IMG/VR virus record: IMGVR_UViG_3300032167_005013
Reading direction: 5' to 3' (one strand)
DNA: 64,000 bases
DNA from: a virus
Taxonomy: Duplodnaviria; Heunggongvirae; Uroviricota; Caudoviricetes
The position numbers and the translations under genes were made by a program. Below are positions 1 through 10,784 of the stretch, piece after piece. Every line of letters begins with the position of its first letter. The first letter of the stretch is position 1. The notes under the pieces were generated by a model. That model saw nothing but the letters and a program-made list of their open reading frames with translations. It did not search any database and was not told where the DNA came from.

Positions 1-1193
1 TCGCAAAGGGTATCAACGATGAGTACCATCGTGAACTCGTAAAGAAGTATCTACCACGAATCAGAGCCAACGGAAAGTGTAAGACCGAATGGGCAAAGAA
101 GAGCAACGCTCTTGCAAAGGAATTCTGTAAGTATGTTGGTTGGGCTCCTAAGGAATATCGTTCATTCAAGTCAACAGGTAAGGCACATGAATTTCAGCGT
201 GTAATCTGTGGGCGTCTGTATGATGCACTTAATTTCAATACAATCCCGGGAAAGGCGCTTCTTAACCTTGTGTCAGGAGGTTTCCTTGATAACCACAATC
301 TCACTGAAAAGTATCTTGAGTGGATTAAGTCTCAGCCTGTGGCAAAGTTTGTCGGGTATCCTTATGAACTTGCAGTAAAGGTCGAGGGGAATTTGTGGAC
401 TCTGCCACTTACAGCCAAGATTACTATTGACAAGCAGTTCGATAATCTCATCAAGACTGCAAAGGAAGATGGTGGTGCCATCAAGGGAAATGTATGGTGC
501 GCCATGGATAGAAGTGGTTCAATGACCGATAGAGTGAGCAGTGATTCTTATCTTATGGTCAGGACCGTATGTTATGCACTTGGTGTCTATTTCTCAACGC
601 TGAATGAGGGAGCGTTTCATAAGAATGTCGTGATGTTCGATAATGAGTCAAAGTCGCTTCAACTTCAGGGCGATTTCACCGATATGTATCAGCAGGTATC
701 TTGTGCTCCAGGTGGAATGGGCTCAACCAATTTCCAGAGCGTGATTGATGAAATGATAAGAATCAGAAAGTCTAAACCTGAAATTCCGGTAAGCGATTTC
801 CCTGAGACGCTATTGGTGGTTTCCGACATGCAGTTCAACAAGACAGGCAAGTATCCGTGGGACCAGACTGAAGAGGATATCACAACTGAAGAGGATGAAA
901 AGACCAATTTCGAACTTGCAAAGGCAAAACTTCGTAAGGTATTCCCTGAGGAGTTTGTCGATAACTTTAAGGTCGTATGGTGGCAGGTGAACGCCAAGAC
1001 AACTGATTTCCCTTCCAATATGGACTGTGGAGGAACTTATAACATAAGCGGCTTTGACGGTTCAATAGTATCTTTCCTTCTCGGAGGAGAAACAGTGGTT
1101 GACCCACAGACGGGAGAGAAGAGAGTTGCTACAATGGAGGAGATTATTGATAAGGCCCTGAATCAGGAAGTACTTTCAGTTCTTTCTCTCTAA
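1..1193 (+). CDS. DUF2828-like TROVE/vWA (Ro60-related) protein, 5'-truncated by the window
   Basis: Frame is open from base 3 to 1193. vWA MIDAS motif DRSGSM, GSTNFQSV and VVSDMQFN are typical of DUF2828. Confidence 0.75.
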   Translation, partial: AKGINDEYHRELVKKYLPRIRANGKCKTEWAKKSNALAKEFCKYVGWAPKEYRSFKSTGKAHEFQRVICGRLYDALNFNTIPGKALLNLVSGGFLDNHNLTEKYLEWIKSQPVAKFVGYPYELAVKVEGNLWTLPLTAKITIDKQFDNLIKTAKEDGGAIKGNVWCAMDRSGSMTDRVSSDSYLMVRTVCYALGVYFSTLNEGAFHKNVVMFDNESKSLQLQGDFTDMYQQVSCAPGGMGSTNFQSVIDEMIRIRKSKPEIPVSDFPETLLVVSDMQFNKTGKYPWDQTEEDITTEEDEKTNFELAKAKLRKVFPEEFVDNFKVVWWQVNAKTTDFPSNMDCGGTYNISGFDGSIVSFLLGGETVVDPQTGEKRVATMEEIIDKALNQEVLSVLSL

Positions 1194-1262
1194 AAATTAA
1201 AAGAGGTACAAAAACCGGTACCTCTTTTTTGTTTTTCCATTTATTTTCAGTATCTTTACCAC

Positions 1263-1937
1263 ATGATTTCAATTATAGAAAATAAAGAACTTATATATGA
1301 CATTCATCTATATGATGTTATACTTATTGGCACGTCCATCAATAATGCCCTCGGTAATGGCTTCCAATACCAAATAAAGAAATCTTTTCCTGAAGTAGAT
1401 ATTGCTAATAAGAATACACCATATGGCGATATAAGAAAATTAGGTACTGTTCAAATTGTAAAAAAATATGATAAAATATTTTGTCTGTTGTATATAAACA
1501 AAAGCCGCCGGAGGCCCGACCTCTGTCCGGACTATCTCGATTATGATGCGCTTGAATCAACGATGAAAATAATAAACGATAGGTTTTCAGGAAAAAGAAT
1601 CTGTAGCACAATTTTAGGCAACTCAGTATATGAAGGCGAAGGAAATAAAGAACGCATCTTAAACATAATCGAAAACAATTCCGATAATATTGACCTTACA
1701 TTATATGATTATGAACAACCGGATTATGAGGAAGAAAGAAACCGAAGGTGGAAACAAATACAAGAATCAATAGGAAAGGTAAGCCCCGAGGAATATCGGG
1801 AAATGAAAAAAGTTTATTATTGGCAGAATGCGTTCGGTCCGCTTACATGGCCGCCAACAGATATGGGGGAACGCGAAGTACGGGAATTTATTAAACAAAA
1901 CAAGAACAAACCTATTGATATTCCAAAAGAAATATAG
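1263..1937 (+). CDS. Macro-domain-like protein
   Basis: NNALGNGFQYQIKKSFPEV..KLGTVQIV..LDYDAL resembles phage macro domains. Confidence 0.5.
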   Translation: MISIIENKELIYDIHLYDVILIGTSINNALGNGFQYQIKKSFPEVDIANKNTPYGDIRKLGTVQIVKKYDKIFCLLYINKSRRRPDLCPDYLDYDALESTMKIINDRFSGKRICSTILGNSVYEGEGNKERILNIIENNSDNIDLTLYDYEQPDYEEERNRRWKQIQESIGKVSPEEYREMKKVYYWQNAFGPLTWPPTDMGEREVREFIKQNKNKPIDIPKEI

Positions 1938-2030
1938 GTTTTAAGACCAAAACCCTTGAAATATCAATAGATGGAAAATCACAGTACGATGGTAATTTAT
2001 ACAAAATCATACCAAAATTTATAACGAATT

Positions 2031-2777
2031 ATGGAAAAATCACAATACATTGGGATTACAGAAACATCTGACCCTGCATTCCACCTTGATATCTTTAACC
2101 ATTTACATGAAGGGAATATTATCATAACAAAATCCCTTACCAATAAACTGCTTGAAAAACTTGTCGAACATAAAGAACGATGTGTTCTTCATGTGACCTG
2201 CACAGGAATGGGCGGAACTAAGATAGAACCCTTCGTACCTACGGTAGAAAAAACGAGGAAACAACTTAAGAAACTTATTGAAGATGGTTTCCCGGTTTCT
2301 CAGATTGTACTAAGAATCGACCCGATAGTACCAACAAAGAAGGGCCTTGACACAGCAAAAAAAGTATTGACCCTATTCTCAGACCTACATATTCCACGAG
2401 TGAGAATTTCATTCCTTGATATGTATAAGCATGTCAAGGCAAGATTTGATGAACATAACATTCCACTCCCTTATGATTCCTTCCATGCAAGTTCAAAACT
2501 GAGATTCGAAGCTTATGATGAACTGAAGAACCATGCCTTTACATTGGGGTACGGAAAGGTCGTTACATGTGGAGAACCGGGATTCGATGAAACCCCGTGC
2601 ATATCCCAAGAAGATATCAACATTCTCGGACTTGAGAATAAGATTGTTTTGAAAGGAAAGAAAGAACAAAGAACATCCTGCAGTTGCCCGCAAAATAAAA
2701 AAGAACTCATACCATATAAGGAAAGAACAGAACATAAGTGTGGGCACGGTTGCCTCTATTGCTATATGAAAGATTGA
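2031..2777 (+). CDS. DUF1848 / spore-photoproduct-lyase-like Fe-S protein
   Basis: IITKS, LRIDPIVP, TCGEP, C-terminal CSC..CGHGCLYCY. Confidence 0.65.
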   Translation: MEKSQYIGITETSDPAFHLDIFNHLHEGNIIITKSLTNKLLEKLVEHKERCVLHVTCTGMGGTKIEPFVPTVEKTRKQLKKLIEDGFPVSQIVLRIDPIVPTKKGLDTAKKVLTLFSDLHIPRVRISFLDMYKHVKARFDEHNIPLPYDSFHASSKLRFEAYDELKNHAFTLGYGKVVTCGEPGFDETPCISQEDINILGLENKIVLKGKKEQRTSCSCPQNKKELIPYKERTEHKCGHGCLYCYMKD

Positions 2778-2882
2778 CTATGATGCAAATTAAAGATTAT
2801 CCTAAGTGGAGAAAAGAAAATCCTGAAGCAAAGACGGTGATGGTTGACCATGGAAAATACGAAAAATGTAAAACAAAATTAA

Positions 2883-3302
2883 ATGGACCTTGTGAAATAT
2901 CTTGACAAACTCTTCCAACTTAAAAAGGAGAAAGGATGGGAATATCTTTACATTATGGTGGATGTGCATAATACAATATTAAGACCCACATATACCAAGG
3001 CCGAGATATATGATTTTTTCCCATACGCAAAGTCAGTGTTGAATATATTATCAAAAAGACTTGACGTGAAACTCATCATGTGGAGTTCATCATATCCTGA
3101 TGTGTGTGAGAAATATAGGGAAGGATTCAAGAAATATGATATCGTCTTCGACTACATAAATGAAAATCCGGAGATTAATGACGATTATGTCAGATGCTTT
3201 ATGGAGAAATTCTATTATGACCTCGGCATTGATGATAAATTTGGATTTGATGCAGAAACCGATTGGAAACCGTTGTATGATTATTTAACAAGTAGATTAT
3301 GA
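2883..3302 (+). CDS. HAD-superfamily hydrolase-like protein
   Basis: MVDVHNTI, LIMWSSS, FDYINENPE, GIDDK. Confidence 0.55.
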   Translation: MDLVKYLDKLFQLKKEKGWEYLYIMVDVHNTILRPTYTKAEIYDFFPYAKSVLNILSKRLDVKLIMWSSSYPDVCEKYREGFKKYDIVFDYINENPEINDDYVRCFMEKFYYDLGIDDKFGFDAETDWKPLYDYLTSRL

Positions 3303-3652
3303 ATGTAGTAAATAATGGAATATCTAACTTCATTAAGAACCACCCTGATGCAGAAATCAATGTGGTTGAAGAAATGCTGTCGTTGTTGAAGAATTTCAAG
3401 GACATTGATGTTGATGACCTTATCGCTTATTATGTGGGTGATGACGATTATCTTGTTCTGCGCCTATATAAAGGAAAGAAAGAGATTAGCGTTATAAAAA
3501 ATCTTACGATAGAAGAGGATGATGATGGGATTACCGACCCTATATATCAGATTATCGGGTGGCATGAAAAAACGGTTAAAACATGTGGCGATTCAGATGA
3601 TATTGAATGTATAGTGAAAGTCGTTACCGATTTTTTAAAAGGTGAGAATTAA
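3299..3652 (+). CDS. hypothetical protein
   Basis: Overlaps the upstream gene (ATGA); 117 aa. Confidence 0.65.
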   Translation: MNVVNNGISNFIKNHPDAEINVVEEMLSLLKNFKDIDVDDLIAYYVGDDDYLVLRLYKGKKEISVIKNLTIEEDDDGITDPIYQIIGWHEKTVKTCGDSDDIECIVKVVTDFLKGEN

Positions 3653-3697
3653 ACCAATTCTCATCTTTTTCTTATGTAACAGCTGTTTTTTAAACCT

Positions 3698-3807
3698 TAA
3701 AAAATTCCGGAAAAAATTTTTTCATAAACCCTACTTTTTAAATGATGTCAGTCCTAAAAAAAATGTAAAAAATTCCGGAAAAAATTTTTTCATAAACCCT
3801 ACTTTTT
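3698..3807. repeat. Two ~40-bp direct repeats (taaaaaattccggaaaaaattttttcataaaccctacttttt)
   Basis: Copies at ~3698-3739 and ~3766-3807, with a partial third copy at ~3853. Confidence 0.85.
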
Positions 3808-4052
3808 AGGGGTTTTCTTCCCATGGAGTAAGTCTGTGGAAAAACGCGATTTTTCCGGGAAAAATTTTGTCGAAGAACTGTGCGGACTAAAGTGGCATTT
3901 TTACCGGCGGGGGCGTATGGGAGGGGCGTGATGGAGTAGGGGCGGGGGTATATGGTGGGTATATAAAAGAAATTATATATAAAATATATTATACAAAAAA
4001 AGGACTGACATTTTGTCAGTCCACAACAACAATATGAGATATGAAATACAAC

Positions 4053-4397
4053 TTAATCCAAGCAGTTGGGTTCAAGTGTTTCAAGCGTTTCCATTAAGAT
4101 TTCCATATAAGGTAGACGGAAAAGGTTAGTAGTTTCGGGATGCTCATCACATGGGACAAACTTGGTTTCGTTCTCGAATCTGAATTCAATTTCACTAGCA
4201 AAAGCGGGTGAAAGCCTTATGTCCGTGATATTAGTTTGTCTATTATCGACAATAGCAGGGACGGGCTTATTGAAAGTCAGTTCGGTAAGATTATTTTCCA
4301 CCAATACACGATAGATTTCAGTTTCGATTGCGATGGTGAGGTCTGTCATTTTTTCCATAAAGGAGCGGCAGTTCATAATGGTTTGATGTTTCAGCAT
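4053..4397 (-). CDS. hypothetical cassette gene
   Basis: ORF with a minus-strand sigma54 box at 4432-4450. Confidence 0.7.
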   Translation of the reverse strand: MLKHQTIMNCRSFMEKMTDLTIAIETEIYRVLVENNLTELTFNKPVPAIVDNRQTNITDIRLSPAFASEIEFRFENETKFVPCDEHPETTNLFRLPYMEILMETLETLEPNCLD

Positions 4398-4543
4398 GGT
4401 AGTGATGTTTAATTGATTACATCTTCATTTATCGCAAAGTCCGTGCCAAATTCTATCTATTAAGAAAGAATTTATCTTGTATCTTGGAGATAGTTTCCAC
4501 AGCACCCCAAATAAGGAGTGCTATGATTATAGGGTTATTCATA

Positions 4544-4867
4544 TTATTTTACTATACTATAAAGCCCGATTTTGTATTTCATTGTAATGATAACCTGTTT
4601 CAGTGCGTTTTCGATTTCTTTTTCATTTTTAAGAAAAAGCATATCCTTACCAAAGGTTTTGAAAAACGCATCTTGTATTTCTCCGTGCAGTCCGACAAGG
4701 CGGAAATAGTTATCCCTTATAGGGTATTCAAGTTTTGAACAATATATATTGGTAGAGAAAACCCTTACAAACTTTGGCGGGTCGTTTGGTTTGTCCTCTC
4801 TTGTTGCAAGCACTTCAAAGTTAGGAAAGTTTGAAAATCCTTTGTCGTAAGTAATGCGTGTTTCCAT
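4544..4867 (-). CDS. hypothetical cassette gene
   Basis: ORF with a minus-strand sigma54 box at 4903-4920. Confidence 0.7.
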   Translation of the reverse strand: METRITYDKGFSNFPNFEVLATREDKPNDPPKFVRVFSTNIYCSKLEYPIRDNYFRLVGLHGEIQDAFFKTFGKDMLFLKNEKEIENALKQVIITMKYKIGLYSIVK

Positions 4868-4938
4868 ATTCTTTGTTGTTAGTTGTTTACATCTTACTTT
4901 AATGCAAAGACCATGCCAAAGTGGATAGTTTTATATTA

Positions 4939-5280
4939 CTATCCACATATTTTGTTGGTTTGGTTTTCGCTGATAGGAGTTGCATAATCATCAGAGGTGG
5001 TGTAGTTGGTTCTGACCTCAGGAGTGCCCTCATAGTATTGTGTGATGTTATAGTCATTGACTATTTGAGTTATTTCGGTTTCCACCATATCAATACATTG
5101 AGTTGTATTCAAAAGGATATGCCTCCCAAAAATATCAATGATGTCAAGAAAGCCATTTGTATAGGCTTTTTCAAAAGGGTTATCGGTTTTAACGAATATA
5201 ACTCCGTTATTTACTTTTGTGATTTTCCACCCTTTGAAAATTGTTACCTTTGTTGTTGAAGTTGCCTTAATGAAAGCCAT
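4939..5280 (-). CDS. hypothetical cassette gene
   Basis: ORF with a minus-strand sigma54 box at 5317-5334. Confidence 0.7.
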   Translation of the reverse strand: MAFIKATSTTKVTIFKGWKITKVNNGVIFVKTDNPFEKAYTNGFLDIIDIFGRHILLNTTQCIDMVETEITQIVNDYNITQYYEGTPEVRTNYTTSDDYATPISENQTNKICG

Positions 5281-5546
5281 TGTGTTAGTTGTTTAATTGA
5301 TTACATCTTCATTTATTGCAAAGTCTGTGCCATAGATGTTATAATGAGAAAAAAATATATTATAATATAATAATATATGGTATAAAGATTTTTATATATT
5401 GTTATGGTTTGGCATAGATATTGCATAATGTAGGAATGTAGTTCTTTGAGAATAGAGTAAAAAAGTTTTTAATTTTCTATTAGAAAATTAAAGGTTTGGC
5501 ACGATATTCGCATATAGAATAGATGTAAACAACTAACAATAAAGAT

Positions 5547-6062
5547 ATGACAAACATTATTTCAGCACTTGCAAATGCAAAGGGATTTCAGTTCGTGGGA
5601 CTTACTTACGAAAATGAGGTAAAAATGAACAAGACCGGTAATCCGTATTACGGTAGAGTTACCAAGAGGGTCAGCGGTCAGATGTGTTTCAATGGAAACT
5701 ATGAAAATATGGTCAACAACCGCCTTACGAAAGAGGGTGTAGAGTTTGAGTTTGTTGCAGGCAGTCTCCCTTGGGGTCAGTGGGTCGAGGGTTGTGAGAA
5801 TAAAGTAATCGCACATAAGGGAGAGTTTTACATAAGACTTTATCCAACTCCGAACACAAAGATGAAAGTGACTTACTACCTTGATGGTGTGGAGTGTACT
5901 GACACTGACATGAAATATATCACTCCGTTTCTTCCTCAACGAAAGGAATCCGCAAAGCAGGAGAACGCAGGATTGGAGGGAGCAAAGCAGTTACACCCGC
6001 AGAACATTAAGGTCAGCAACATTAAGAAACTGACTATCGGTGGAGCGGAATACATAATGTAG
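5547..6062 (+). CDS. conserved-looking phage protein
   Basis: 171 aa; sigma54 box at 5495; KMNKTGNPYYGRV, LPWGQW, HKGEFY. Confidence 0.8.
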   Translation: MTNIISALANAKGFQFVGLTYENEVKMNKTGNPYYGRVTKRVSGQMCFNGNYENMVNNRLTKEGVEFEFVAGSLPWGQWVEGCENKVIAHKGEFYIRLYPTPNTKMKVTYYLDGVECTDTDMKYITPFLPQRKESAKQENAGLEGAKQLHPQNIKVSNIKKLTIGGAEYIM

Positions 6063-6183
6063 GTACTCAAAAGAGTATAGGGAGTTGAAAAATACTCCCT
6101 AACTTTTTAAGAGTTTTTAAAACATTGGCATACTTATTGTTATATATAAACATAAGTACATAACCGGATTAAAACCTATTGAC

Positions 6184-6516
6184 ATGAAAGAGACCCTTAC
6201 ATCAATCAGCAACATCAGCAAGAGGATAATGGAAAAGATGGGAGTTAACTCCCGAGCAACAAAAGCCTTTTGGCAAATGGGTAGTGGGGAAAAGGAGAAT
6301 GTAGTATTTTCGCTTATTGATTACAGCGATGAAGATGTTGAAAAGTATTGCCCGTCATTCATCAGCATTGACAATGAAACGCAGGTAATGACATTCTTCT
6401 ATGACGGCATTCCGTATTTCTCAAATAAATTAAGTCTTGTTGACCTCAAGAGGATACGAGCAGGCTTGCTGAAACTTGAACGAAATCGGCATAAGATTGA
6501 ACAGATATTTGACTAA
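6184..6516 (+). CDS. hypothetical cassette gene
   Basis: ORF after the box at 6126. Confidence 0.7.
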   Translation: MKETLTSISNISKRIMEKMGVNSRATKAFWQMGSGEKENVVFSLIDYSDEDVEKYCPSFISIDNETQVMTFFYDGIPYFSNKLSLVDLKRIRAGLLKLERNRHKIEQIFD

Positions 6517-6622
6517 ATGAATGGAAGTACTCAAATGAGTACTTCTTTTTTTTTATATATGATATAAGTTTGGCATTGTTTTTGCATTACATAGAAATGT
6601 AATCAAATAATACAAAACAGAT

Positions 6623-6985
6623 ATGAAAAAACAGGACAAACCTACATCAGTCGGCATCATTGAAAGCAGGAATACACATATCCCCCACACGATTTTGCAG
6701 CAAATCAAATATCCAAACCTTGTAATCTTTTTTACTTGGGGTGCAAAGGGTTTTACAATGGGGCAAAGCAATGATGAACGCAAAGAGCCTTGTTTGATGT
6801 TTAAGGTCAGTGGCCGCAAATTTAAGGGATATGTTCATATCTTTTATGATTGGTCAGACTATTATAGGGTTGAATTTGTATCAACACATAGGAATCTGAA
6901 AAAGGTCGTTAATGAAGTCTATTTTGACGAGTTGCAGTCAGTAATTGATGAATATGTTGAAAAATGCGAAGATTATGCCTTTTAA
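6623..6985 (+). CDS. hypothetical cassette gene
   Basis: ORF after the box at 6569; FKVSGRKFKGYVHIFYDWSDYY. Confidence 0.75.
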   Translation: MKKQDKPTSVGIIESRNTHIPHTILQQIKYPNLVIFFTWGAKGFTMGQSNDERKEPCLMFKVSGRKFKGYVHIFYDWSDYYRVEFVSTHRNLKKVVNEVYFDELQSVIDEYVEKCEDYAF

Positions 6986-7041
6986 TGGCATAGTCTTTGC
7001 ATATAATAGAAATGTAATATTTCTATTAACTGAAAATTATT

Positions 7042-7296
7042 ATGGCAAAGAAAAAGAGAAAGGGTTTATATAAACTCAACAAAGAAGCCAAAGTGGGAGA
7101 AACAATAGAATGCCCTATCTGTCATACCAAGTTCACTAAAAGGCAGTATTCACAAGCCTTTTGCTCTACAAGGTGCAAGGATAGATTTTGGAACTCCAAG
7201 GGAGACCGACACCGATATGTGGACTATCCCGACAATGACTTTGGCGATAGGGAAATGGATGAAATGTTCGGGGTTGCCGAATATAATGTCGAATAG
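7042..7296 (+). CDS. small Zn-finger protein
   Basis: CPIC...FCSTRC; box at 6986. Confidence 0.7.
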   Translation: MAKKKRKGLYKLNKEAKVGETIECPICHTKFTKRQYSQAFCSTRCKDRFWNSKGDRHRYVDYPDNDFGDREMDEMFGVAEYNVE

Positions 7297-7495
7297 GTTG
7301 TTTATAAAAATCAAATGCCACAAAAATGTCCTATATTTTATAGATACAAGAGGTTTTGGGCATATCGTGGGTAATTTGTCTAATAAGATGGCTATATTCC
7401 CGATTTACCATTCTGTCTATAAACATCTGTATGAAGATGTCAATGTGGCACAGAAATTGCAATAATAAAATAGAAACCAATAAAAACAAAAAGAT

Positions 7496-7636
7496 ATGCT
7501 ACTAACGATTATCATCAGTGCAATGCTGACAACATTTCCAAAAGAGGAAACACCGAAAGCAATCCGTTTCAGCAACGATATGGTGCTTGTGGAGGAAACA
7601 ACATTACCAAAGCCGTTTGTAACCAACAAAAAGTAA
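7496..7636 (+). CDS. small protein with hydrophobic N-terminus (46 aa; not in the ORF track)
   Basis: MLLTIIISAML.. directly after the box at 7445. Confidence 0.5.
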   Translation: MLLTIIISAMLTTFPKEETPKAIRFSNDMVLVEETTLPKPFVTNKK

Positions 7637-7919
7637 AATGCTATGAACGGAGGAAATTGGGGATAATAAAAATAAATGATTATGGGAAAATCATTATCAA
7701 ATCGTAATTGGGAGAAAATTACCAACGAAGAAAGGGACAGGTATCTTAATGATGAAGAAACTTGGTTTGTGGAGGAGTTTGCGGAGGGAAAACTCTATAT
7801 GAACAATGTTGATGGTTATGTCGTGCTTGACCGAGTATTTGAAACATTGTGGTCGTGGATTTAGAGTTTGGCACGGAGTTTGCAATAAAATATCGTGAAA
7901 CCAAATAACTAAATGAGGT

Positions 7920-8255
7920 ATGGTAACAAAGGAATACATTGAAAAGTTGATTGCAAAGAACAATGCACAACTTAAAACCTATAAGAGCAACTTGGAGGAG
8001 AACTATCTTCATCATTTTGAGTGGCTTGCTGAAAGGATTTTTAAGTTGGAGTGGAAAAACAAGATATTGAATGATATTCTTGTGCTGTTCAATGATGCAA
8101 ATATAAAAGCCGATGATGCAGTTAAGAGGTTAAAAGACCGATTTAGGGATGACCTTATAACAAAAAGGCTTATGCAGTCATCATCAAATCCACTTGCAAA
8201 CCTATCAAGCCTTTGGATAAATGAGTGCAAGCAGGAAATGATTGCAGAACTCTGA
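7920..8255 (+). CDS. hypothetical cassette gene
   Basis: ORF after the box at 7867. Confidence 0.7.
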   Translation: MVTKEYIEKLIAKNNAQLKTYKSNLEENYLHHFEWLAERIFKLEWKNKILNDILVLFNDANIKADDAVKRLKDRFRDDLITKRLMQSSSNPLANLSSLWINECKQEMIAEL

Positions 8256-8771
8256 CAAGTTTGGCACGGAACTTGCAATAAAATAAATCAAAAAGAAAGT
8301 ATAACCTTTTAACGGATGGAGGGTACACCAATGCACCGATAAGAGATTAAATTGAAAACTTGATTATTAGAAAATTTACGAAATAAACCAACCGAGATAT
8401 ATAGGTTTTAGAGGGTTAGCCGTTTTAGAGTATATCGCAATTTGTTCGTGATATGAACACAAGAGACCGACCATAAAGGGCATACGCAATTTATTATATT
8501 CTGGATTTTTGAAACTTAATTAGGAACCTTTTAATGCGCCCTGCCTATGGGAACAAGAGCATCACCAAGTTAGACATAGATTATTTTATTGATTGAGCAT
8601 TTTAATATAACAAGGGGTTTGTCATTGATATGTTAAGTTGGAGCGAAACCACCAAACCCCCCCAAAGAATTTAGGTTAGTTGTCTATATGTTGAGTTTTC
8701 CGTGTTATGTTGTGAAATATGGCACGGATTTTGTTATAAATGAAGATGTAAACAATTTAAAACAAGATAAC

Positions 8772-9242
8772 ATGAATAAGAATTTTGAAAATCTAACAAA
8801 GGATGAACTTCTAACACTCCGTAAGGACATTGTGTTAAATTCAATATTTATTCACGATTATGAGAATAGTTTTGGCTTTGATTCTCATAAGGTATCAGTT
8901 TTCTTTGATAGTTTTGTGGAATATATCTGCGAACTTGCTGAGGAAAATGGTGTAAAGGACTTTGAAAGGATACTTAAAGAATATGACACTATCGACAACC
9001 TTTGGTCTTGGTTTAATTGTTATGACGATTTATCGTGGATGACATTTGCCAATGGCTTTAGAATTGGGGATAAAGTTAAGTGGGAGGACTCGGGACTTGA
9101 TGACTTTGATTTCAACGAAAGAGAAAGTCAGAAAGAAAGAGTGTATAAAATTATTGGAGTATTGAACGATGAAATGTTCCTTATTTCGGATGAATATGGA
9201 GAATCCGAGGTGTTTGCTGATGAACTGATAAAAGTGGCATAG
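8772..9242 (+). CDS. hypothetical cassette gene
   Basis: Start reassigned to the ATG after the box at 8720. Confidence 0.7.
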   Translation: MNKNFENLTKDELLTLRKDIVLNSIFIHDYENSFGFDSHKVSVFFDSFVEYICELAEENGVKDFERILKEYDTIDNLWSWFNCYDDLSWMTFANGFRIGDKVKWEDSGLDDFDFNERESQKERVYKIIGVLNDEMFLISDEYGESEVFADELIKVA

Positions 9243-9281
9243 TCTTTGCATATAATAGAAATGAACTTAAATAGCAAAAAT

Positions 9282-9770
9282 ATGAATATTCAAGACATTC
9301 AGAAAACACTTTCCGATGATTTAATTTCTTGCGATGTATATGAGTGGGAAAATGGTGTTTATGTCGAAATTGAATATGGAGATTGGAAACATGACCACCT
9401 GCGATGTGATTACCTTATGAAAACAATGGGATATAGTCTTATAGAAGAAAAGGTAACAAAACAGGACGGTAGCGATTGTTATGGTTCTATTCATATCTAC
9501 GAGAAAGGTGGGTTAATGAAACTGAATGACATTCGTAATGTGTTAAGGCACGGAAAACTCTATTGGAAATTCAGTTGGGTTAAGGATTATGGCAACGGCA
9601 CAAAGTTAATTGAATATAAGTCTTTCAAGTCCGCAAGAGGAAAAAAGCATATCAGTATCTTGCAGATTGGATATAGGGTCAACGATTTTGGTGTAATATC
9701 TTGCGGTTATACCAAAGATGAGGAGCATAAAGAAATAATTTTTATATCTGACCTTGAGGGTTTGGCATAG
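9282..9770 (+). CDS. hypothetical cassette gene
   Basis: After the box at 9234; GDWKHDH and GSDCYGSIH motifs. Confidence 0.65.
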   Translation: MNIQDIQKTLSDDLISCDVYEWENGVYVEIEYGDWKHDHLRCDYLMKTMGYSLIEEKVTKQDGSDCYGSIHIYEKGGLMKLNDIRNVLRHGKLYWKFSWVKDYGNGTKLIEYKSFKSARGKKHISILQIGYRVNDFGVISCGYTKDEEHKEIIFISDLEGLA

Positions 9771-9813
9771 TCTTTGCAATAAGATAAGATGTAAATCAAT
9801 AAAAACATTTGTT

Positions 9814-10005
9814 ATGACACATACGAGAACAACCGACAATGGTATCCGTTTCAAGACAACGACTGAGTTTGAAACATGGTGGAGTGAATATGATATGGCA
9901 GTTGCTGAAACGCACCTTGCCAACTATGATAAAATTATTGTCGATGAATATGGCTGTCCTATTGACAATGAGTATGACCTTGCTGAGATAGAGGAATATC
10001 TTTAA
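9814..10005 (+). CDS. small acidic protein
   Basis: ATG after the box at 9761. Confidence 0.6.
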   Translation: MTHTRTTDNGIRFKTTTEFETWWSEYDMAVAETHLANYDKIIVDEYGCPIDNEYDLAEIEEYL

Positions 10006-10166
10006 AGTAAATATCCCTGCCCTGAGAAGCATATGCAGAGGTAGAATAAGCGGTTGACCGTAATTAAGTCCGTGTAAAGTAACTCAAAGGAGCGGAGGGC
10101 AGGGTTTTTTAATACTTTGGCATAGTCTTTGCAGTATAGTAAAGTACAATCAAATACCGACACGAT

Positions 10167-10700
10167 ATGGAGACAACAAAAAACACAATGGCAAAAATGC
10201 AGACCACCAAACTTGGCAAAGAGGTTTGGTTGCTTGGTAAGGATAATGATGATATGAATCTTTATCTTGTTAAGGCATCATGGGATTGTGGTTGGTATTG
10301 GGGCTTTGGATATGTGCAGTCATACAAGAGGGGTGACATTGAAACGCACACACACATTGATAGCAGTTTCATGGGGGTGCAGAAAGTGTGGGACATTGAC
10401 AAAAATAAGTTTGTTGAGACCGACTATATCCACAACATCTACAATGCACCTATGTTTGCTGAAACGACATTCTCAGAAGAAGAGGGTTGGCAGTTGACAG
10501 AATTGTTCAAGCAGTTCTACAAGTTTAAAGAGGTTGCAGGAATTCTCCATAGAGGTGGAGCGGGAATCACCACTCTGTGCGACTATCTCAAGATTGACTA
10601 TCCCGAAAGAGAGGCACGATACAAGGAAATCAATGAGGTTATCCTCCCGCAGATATTCGAGAAGATATATTCAATTCTTACCCCGGATAAAAATGAATAA
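10167..10700 (+). CDS. conserved-looking phage protein
   Basis: ASWDCGWYWGFGY motif; box at 10116. Confidence 0.75.
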   Translation: METTKNTMAKMQTTKLGKEVWLLGKDNDDMNLYLVKASWDCGWYWGFGYVQSYKRGDIETHTHIDSSFMGVQKVWDIDKNKFVETDYIHNIYNAPMFAETTFSEEEGWQLTELFKQFYKFKEVAGILHRGGAGITTLCDYLKIDYPEREARYKEINEVILPQIFEKIYSILTPDKNE

Positions 10701-10784
10701 GGTACTCGAAAGAGTACCTTTCAGAAACGACTTTGGCATATTTATTGCATATATAACAACTGAATAACTAAAACAAACATCACT

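Noticed and set aside
10015-10104. Twister ribozyme resemblance
   Set aside because: Lacks the UAA cleavage-site context after P1 and the loop bases needed for the pseudoknot.
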